Shown here: positions 59,758 through 64,000 of the stretch, in pieces
How the letters are laid out: each line of letters starts with the position of its first letter
Numbering within the stretch: the first letter of the stretch is position 1
Assembly (NCBI GenBank): GCA_963668355.1
Contig: OY764265.1
Location: 1,216,001-1,280,000, forward strand
Source of the DNA: Bdellovibrionota bacterium
GTDB taxonomy: Bacteria > Bdellovibrionota_G > JALEGL01 > DATDPG01
Length of the DNA: 64,000 bases
Direction of reading: 5' to 3'
The notes under the pieces: generated by a model
Told to the model about the DNA's origin: nothing
Databases searched by the model: none
The model's input: only the letters and a program-made list of their open reading frames with translations
Made by a program: the position numbers and the translations under genes

Positions 59758-60085
59758 AAACAACACGCCGCCCATCGACCTGGTACTCATTGACGACGAC
59801 GAGCTCGTGCGTATGACTTGGAAAATGGTGGCCGAAACCAAAGGACACCATATACGGGTATTTGAAAGTTATGATGCGTTTTCGGCGGAGGAATTCGAAA
59901 CCGATACTCCGATCTATGTCGACTATGACCTGGGAAAAAATGTAAAAGGAACAGACGTCGCCGAAAGAATCATCGAAAGTGGGTTTAGAAAGGTTTATTT
60001 GACGACGGGTTATCCTCTGGATTCCGTGGCGACTCCGGAGCTTTTGTCCGGAATCATCAACAAAGAATATCCTGTATCGTTTTAA
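59750..60085 (+). CDS. Stand-alone receiver domain protein, copy 1
   Basis: LIDDD, IYVD(YDL), LTTGY, NK; GGAG RBS. Confidence 0.85.
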   Translation: MPENNTPPIDLVLIDDDELVRMTWKMVAETKGHHIRVFESYDAFSAEEFETDTPIYVDYDLGKNVKGTDVAERIIESGFRKVYLTTGYPLDSVATPELLSGIINKEYPVSF

Positions 60086-60097
60086 AAGGGGTTAAAT

Positions 60098-60982
60098 GTG
60101 ATCGAAACCGTGGGATTCATAGGCGCTGGGAGTATGGGCCGTCCTATTATGAATCACTTCCTAAACCATAACTATCGAGTCATGGGGTTTAACCGAACCG
60201 TAGCCAAGCTTGATTGGCTCAGGGGAAAAAAGGATGGCGCGGTGGCAGAGAATATAGGTCAGTTGTTTGATGAAGCGAGTCTGATATTTGTCTGCGTAAC
60301 AGATGGTCAAGCTGTGTCCGAGGTGTTGGAAACCGGGTCTCAAAAGCCAGAAATTGAGCTCAAAGGAAAAATCATTGTTGATTTAAGTTCGATCTCAGTG
60401 GGGCAAGCCAAAGCCAACTACGAAATCTTAAAGAATAGGGGCGCCCATTATCTCGATGCTCCTGTGAGCGGTGGTGTAAGCGGCGCTACAGATGGGTCAT
60501 TGGTTCTGATGGCCGGTGGTGACGAGGAAGTCTTTCGCCGAGTGGAACGAATGTTTCGTGTTTTCACACGAAAAGCCACTTATGTTGGTAAATCGGGAAT
60601 GGGGTCAGCGACGAAATTGATTAACCAAGTTATGGTCGCCGCGAATATCTTGGGAATTGGTCAAGGGTATGCGTTGGCTAAGGGCCTGGGTCTTAATATA
60701 GAAACAGCGTTTTCAGCTATTGCCGATGGTTATGCCGGAGGAAAAGCTCTGGAAACGATCTCAAATCGAATTATGGCAAAAAATGAGGCTCCAGGTGCGA
60801 AGATCAAATTACATGAAAAAGATTTAAGAAATGCCCTTGTCGCAGCGTCTCAGAGCGGTGTCGATGCACGCTTCATACGAGCTTGTCATGTGTTGCTGGA
60901 TGAAATGACAAGAGCTGGCCTAGCGGAGTCAGACCATAGCGCGATTTGGCATTTCTTTGATCGAACGAAGGAGACGGCATGA
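60098..60982 (+). CDS. NAD(P)-dependent beta-hydroxyacid dehydrogenase (GarR/MmsB family)
   Basis: GFIGAGSMG, DAPVSGG, TKLINQ, KDL. Confidence 0.9.
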   Translation: MIETVGFIGAGSMGRPIMNHFLNHNYRVMGFNRTVAKLDWLRGKKDGAVAENIGQLFDEASLIFVCVTDGQAVSEVLETGSQKPEIELKGKIIVDLSSISVGQAKANYEILKNRGAHYLDAPVSGGVSGATDGSLVLMAGGDEEVFRRVERMFRVFTRKATYVGKSGMGSATKLINQVMVAANILGIGQGYALAKGLGLNIETAFSAIADGYAGGKALETISNRIMAKNEAPGAKIKLHEKDLRNALVAASQSGVDARFIRACHVLLDEMTRAGLAESDHSAIWHFFDRTKETA

Positions 60983-61101
60983 TGGCAAAATATGGACTGG
61001 TTTGTACTGCCATCATGGGTTTGTCCTTCTTCTTTAGCGAAGCGGATGCAGCACATAGGAAGATACGAATTAAATCGAAAAAAGGGGAGCCATGTCTTTG
61101 A
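60979..61101 (+). CDS. 40-aa ORF with signal-peptide-like sequence (small peptide or gene remnant)
   Basis: MMAKYGLVCTAIMGLSFFFSEADAAHRKIRIKSKKGEPCL; AAGGAG RBS; overlaps both neighbours. Confidence 0.4.
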   Translation: MMAKYGLVCTAIMGLSFFFSEADAAHRKIRIKSKKGEPCL

Positions 61102-61721
61102 TCTGGACGAATGAATCCTTGCTGCGAGGTTATGGCATACGTTTAAAACTTTTTAATGATAATAACGTCCTCGCTCTTAGAGAAATTAGAAACGATCTAA
61201 AAACAATGAGCCATCTCGGTCAGTCGAGACGGGCGACTCAAGGAGGTTGGTCGGAAGAGGATATATTGAAATGGGGAAGGTCAAAAATCGAATTATATAA
61301 TAAGCGAAAGTGCTTACCTCTTGTGATTGTTTCTGAAATCGACGGAGCTGTAATGGGAAACGGTGGTTTTCCGGTTGTCAATATGGATCACTTTCGGGCT
61401 GAATCTGGAGTTGTCCTCCATCACAAATATTGGCGGAAAGGTATAGGGTCGGCGAGTTGGCGTCTCATTTTGGAGTACGGGTTTAAGGAAATGCTCTTAA
61501 ATCGAATAACTTTTGAAACGTCTCCCGACAATCAAGCCAGCGTATCCCTGTTCGACCGCTTGAATATTCCCTTGGAAGCTACCCAGAAAGAAAGTGTGTT
61601 TGTTGATGGCAAGTTTTATGACAAGGCGGTTTACGTTATTTTAAGAAATCAGTGGCCGGAAGTTAAACAAAAGTTAGATGAGATTTTGGAGCAGAAAGGT
61701 CTAGTTTTTCAGAACAAATGA
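61092..61721 (+). CDS. RimJ/RimL-type GNAT N-acetyltransferase
   Basis: AESG..L...YWRKGIG, GF..M.LNRI, N.AS..L, GKFYD..VY.IL..W. Confidence 0.88.
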   Translation: MSLIWTNESLLRGYGIRLKLFNDNNVLALREIRNDLKTMSHLGQSRRATQGGWSEEDILKWGRSKIELYNKRKCLPLVIVSEIDGAVMGNGGFPVVNMDHFRAESGVVLHHKYWRKGIGSASWRLILEYGFKEMLLNRITFETSPDNQASVSLFDRLNIPLEATQKESVFVDGKFYDKAVYVILRNQWPEVKQKLDEILEQKGLVFQNK

Positions 61722-61746
61722 GGCGATAGGTGGGGTGCATTCAAAT

Positions 61747-61875
61747 ATGGAAGGTTTAAACAAGATGAAGCGCTTGGAAAAAAATCGTTGGAGCAAGACA
61801 AAAACGGCCAAAGACTTAGGTATTTCCAGAAACAAGCTCTGCCGAAAATTGGCAGAAGTGGGAATTGGGGTTTGA
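61747..61875 (+). pseudogene. Duplicated Fis-HTH tail of the sigma54 regulator (42-aa mini-ORF or remnant)
   Basis: 61765-61875 matches 59412-59522 at 108 of 111 nt (counted by eye); in-frame ATG at 61747. Confidence 0.75.
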
Positions 61876-61877
61876 AC

Positions 61878-62111
61878 ATGGCCGAGCGAAACACAAACAA
61901 ACACGTTCAAGAGATGCTGGGAAAACTACTGCATGACATGGAAAAGCCACGAGCCAATTTCAAAATGTTTGCCGAGCTATATGATGAAATTTCTGGTGAT
62001 CCAGAAAAGGTTAGTTTTTGGATAAACGCGCTGGAGAAGTCTTTTGAAAGGTTTGATCAACAAGCATCTTCAATTACCGAAACTCTAAGGAAGATGAACG
62101 CCGATGCATAA
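61878..62111 (+). CDS. Stand-alone DHp/HisKA-like mini-protein, copy 2 (77 aa)
   Basis: LLHDMEKPRANFKMF; collinear paralog of 59524-59757. Confidence 0.7.
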   Translation: MAERNTNKHVQEMLGKLLHDMEKPRANFKMFAELYDEISGDPEKVSFWINALEKSFERFDQQASSITETLRKMNADA

Positions 62112-62448
62112 AGAAACGCAAAAACCACTTGATCTGGTCCTCATTGATGATGATGAGCTTGTTCGCATGACTTGGGAAATGGTTGCCAAAACGAAAGGTC
62201 ATCAACTTCGAGTTTTTGACAACTTTGAAGGTTTTCGCGCGGCTAATATTGGAAAGGGAGTCCCCGTATACGTGGACTATGAGCTAGGCAATCAAATAAA
62301 AGGAACCGATGTGGCGAAAGAGATGATCGAGAATGGATTTGAAAAAGTTTATCTGACAACCGGATATCCAGAAAGCGCGATTGAAAAACCGGAAGGCTTG
62401 TTTGGTGTAATAAAAAAGGATTATCCCCAAAATCCAGGCCGTTCGTAA
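62104..62448 (+). CDS. Stand-alone receiver domain protein, copy 2
   Basis: LIDDD, VYVD(YEL), LTTGY, KK; paralog of 59750-60085. Confidence 0.85.
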   Translation: MHKETQKPLDLVLIDDDELVRMTWEMVAKTKGHQLRVFDNFEGFRAANIGKGVPVYVDYELGNQIKGTDVAKEMIENGFEKVYLTTGYPESAIEKPEGLFGVIKKDYPQNPGRS

Positions 62449-62450
62449 AA

Positions 62451-63725
62451 ATGGAAAAATCAAAGCAAAGGATATGCGTAATTGTGGATGGCTACTCCGC
62501 AGGCGCTTACCTCGCGCCCGCCTTTCGAAAAGAAGGATGGACGCCAATTCATGTTCAGAGTCAGCCGGAGTTTCGATCCTTTTTTAAGAAGAAAGGTTTT
62601 AGGCCAAGCGACTATGATGAGAATCTGATCTGTGATCGTGATTATGAAAAGCTCAAAGAAGTTCTTAAGAAGCTTTCACCTGAATTTATTCTTCCTGGCG
62701 GCGAATTGGGTGTCAGCCTTTCTGATCGGTTGCGGGAGGATCTGAATCTTTTTCCTAATAATCCCAGACGTGCCAAAGCGCGCTATGACAAATATGAAAT
62801 GATTGAGGCTGTTCGTCGGGAAGGTGTTCCGGTCATGGCTCAGTTTAAAACAGACTGTCTGAATAAAATCTATACTTGGCTTGAGTCTAGCGGCCTCTCT
62901 GAGGTTGTCATTAAACCCTTGAAAAGTTCTTGTACGGACAATGTTTTTATCTGTGAGAACAAAGAAGAAATTAAATACGCTTTCCAGGCTATCAAAAGCC
63001 GACCGAATATCTTTGATGAAACCAACCACGAAGTGTTGGTACAAGAAGTGGTGGTCGGTATGGAATACATTGTCAACACCGTTAGTTATGATGGACGGCA
63101 TCGAACCTGTGGGGTGTGGGAGGTCGGAAAGAAAAGGGTCTTTCAGGGAGGAAGGGTTTACGACTATGTGACAGTCGCAAATCCTGAGAATCATTTATGT
63201 GAGTCAATTGCTGGCTATTGCAGAGACGTGCTTGGCGCTCTAGGTCTTGACTATGGTCCGGCACATATTGAAGTCATGCAAACGTCTGACGGTCCTCGCC
63301 TCATTGAGATTGGGGCTCGTATGGATGGTTCGAACGTTTTTGTGAATGAAAAACCTTTGCGGTGTTTGGAAACCAACCAGTTGGAAATGACGGTCGAGGC
63401 GTTTCTTCGTCCCCAAGAATTTCTCGGTAGGGTGGAGCAACCCAATCCAGTTGTACAGTATGCTATGGAAGTTTCTCTCATCGTCCCCCACTCAGGACTT
63501 AGATTAAATTCAGATATCCTTTCCGAGTTGGAAGCGCTTCCCTCCTTTTGGGAAATTAAGCTTAACGCGACCCCTGAGGAGAAGCTCTCGAGAACGGTCG
63601 ACATGATGACTTCTCCGGGTATCGTGTGGCTAGCCGCTTCTTCAAGAGAGAAACTTTTTAAAGACCTTGAAAAAATCCGGAATTTAGAAAATAGAGGACT
63701 TTACGTCTCTTTTGGAAGTGATTGA
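62451..63725 (+). CDS. ATP-grasp enzyme (L-amino-acid ligase type)
   Basis: VDGYSAG..LAPAF, DKYEM, VIKPLKS, VLVQE..G.EYIVN, GPAHIE, LIEIGAR. Confidence 0.85.
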   Translation: MEKSKQRICVIVDGYSAGAYLAPAFRKEGWTPIHVQSQPEFRSFFKKKGFRPSDYDENLICDRDYEKLKEVLKKLSPEFILPGGELGVSLSDRLREDLNLFPNNPRRAKARYDKYEMIEAVRREGVPVMAQFKTDCLNKIYTWLESSGLSEVVIKPLKSSCTDNVFICENKEEIKYAFQAIKSRPNIFDETNHEVLVQEVVVGMEYIVNTVSYDGRHRTCGVWEVGKKRVFQGGRVYDYVTVANPENHLCESIAGYCRDVLGALGLDYGPAHIEVMQTSDGPRLIEIGARMDGSNVFVNEKPLRCLETNQLEMTVEAFLRPQEFLGRVEQPNPVVQYAMEVSLIVPHSGLRLNSDILSELEALPSFWEIKLNATPEEKLSRTVDMMTSPGIVWLAASSREKLFKDLEKIRNLENRGLYVSFGSD

Positions 63726-64000
63726 TTCACTTTTGGAGTCGAAGCATACCATTTCATGATCATCGCATACGACAGTATGGGTACGACAAAGAATAGACCA
63801 AAAAACACTTCTAGGTGTTTAATGTAAAAGCCGGTGAGAAAGCTGGAAGCGGTAACCCCGACAAAGATGCAGAACTCGAAGTAGCCTGAGACTCTGCCGA
63901 AAACCTTGTTGTCAAACACTTCGGAGGCTTCTGTGAAAATGACGGCGAAGATCGATTCACCCATAAGACAGAGACTCGCATATATGGGTAGGGCGTAGAG
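63701..64000 (-). CDS. C-terminal part of a membrane protein, probably an MFS transporter (runs off the window)
   Basis: Frame open to 64000; hydrophobic helices and FGRVSG motif resembling an MFS C-terminal loop. Confidence 0.5.
   Translation of the reverse strand, partial: LYALPIYASLCLMGESIFAVIFTEASEVFDNKVFGRVSGYFEFCIFVGVTASSFLTGFYIKHLEVFFGLFFVVPILSYAMIMKWYASTPKVNQSLPKET

Noticed and set aside
59524..60085. Frameshifted single hybrid kinase pseudogene
   Set aside because: No HATPase sequence between DHp and REC, and the same two-ORF layout is kept in both diverged copies

Overview
A gene-dense 64 kb bacterial chromosome segment. Gene content (TIGR02266-type PilZ proteins, an FHA-sigma54 activator, a J-domain/Hsp70 pair, a Ser/Thr kinase, DUF1844, DUF4340) suggests a Bdellovibrionota/Myxococcota-like deltaproteobacterium; this is inference. 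Positions 1-50 kb are mostly core and envelope genes (clpB, recQ, ggt, suhB, tatD-holB-tmk, rlpA, mltD-like, leucine dehydrogenase, HIT, argS, acyl-CoA ligase, a Crp/Fnr-USP-hemerythrin cluster, a GT2 plus TMTC-like GT-C pair, FadL) with tRNA-Lys(CTT) and tRNA-Phe(GAA). The most unusual region is ~52-64 kb. It holds a tandem-PilZ/GNAT-like protein, a 7TM double-transmitter hybrid kinase and a sigma54 response regulator, followed by two copies of a cassette (Fis-HTH tail, stand-alone DHp mini-protein, stand-alone receiver), each followed by different enzyme genes. A low-GC block spans exactly the putative enzyme part of the PilZ protein and the sensor part of the kinase, like an exchangeable specificity cassette. 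Other oddities: a 186-bp triplication of the tRNA-Lys promoter plus tRNA 5' end, a degenerate M1-peptidase/Omp85-barrel fusion, an FHA/degenerate-GGDEF/sigma54 activator with an intact RxxD site, and large structured intergenic hairpins. No CRISPR array, rRNA, integrase or transposase was seen. All family calls come from motif recognition by eye, with no database searches.
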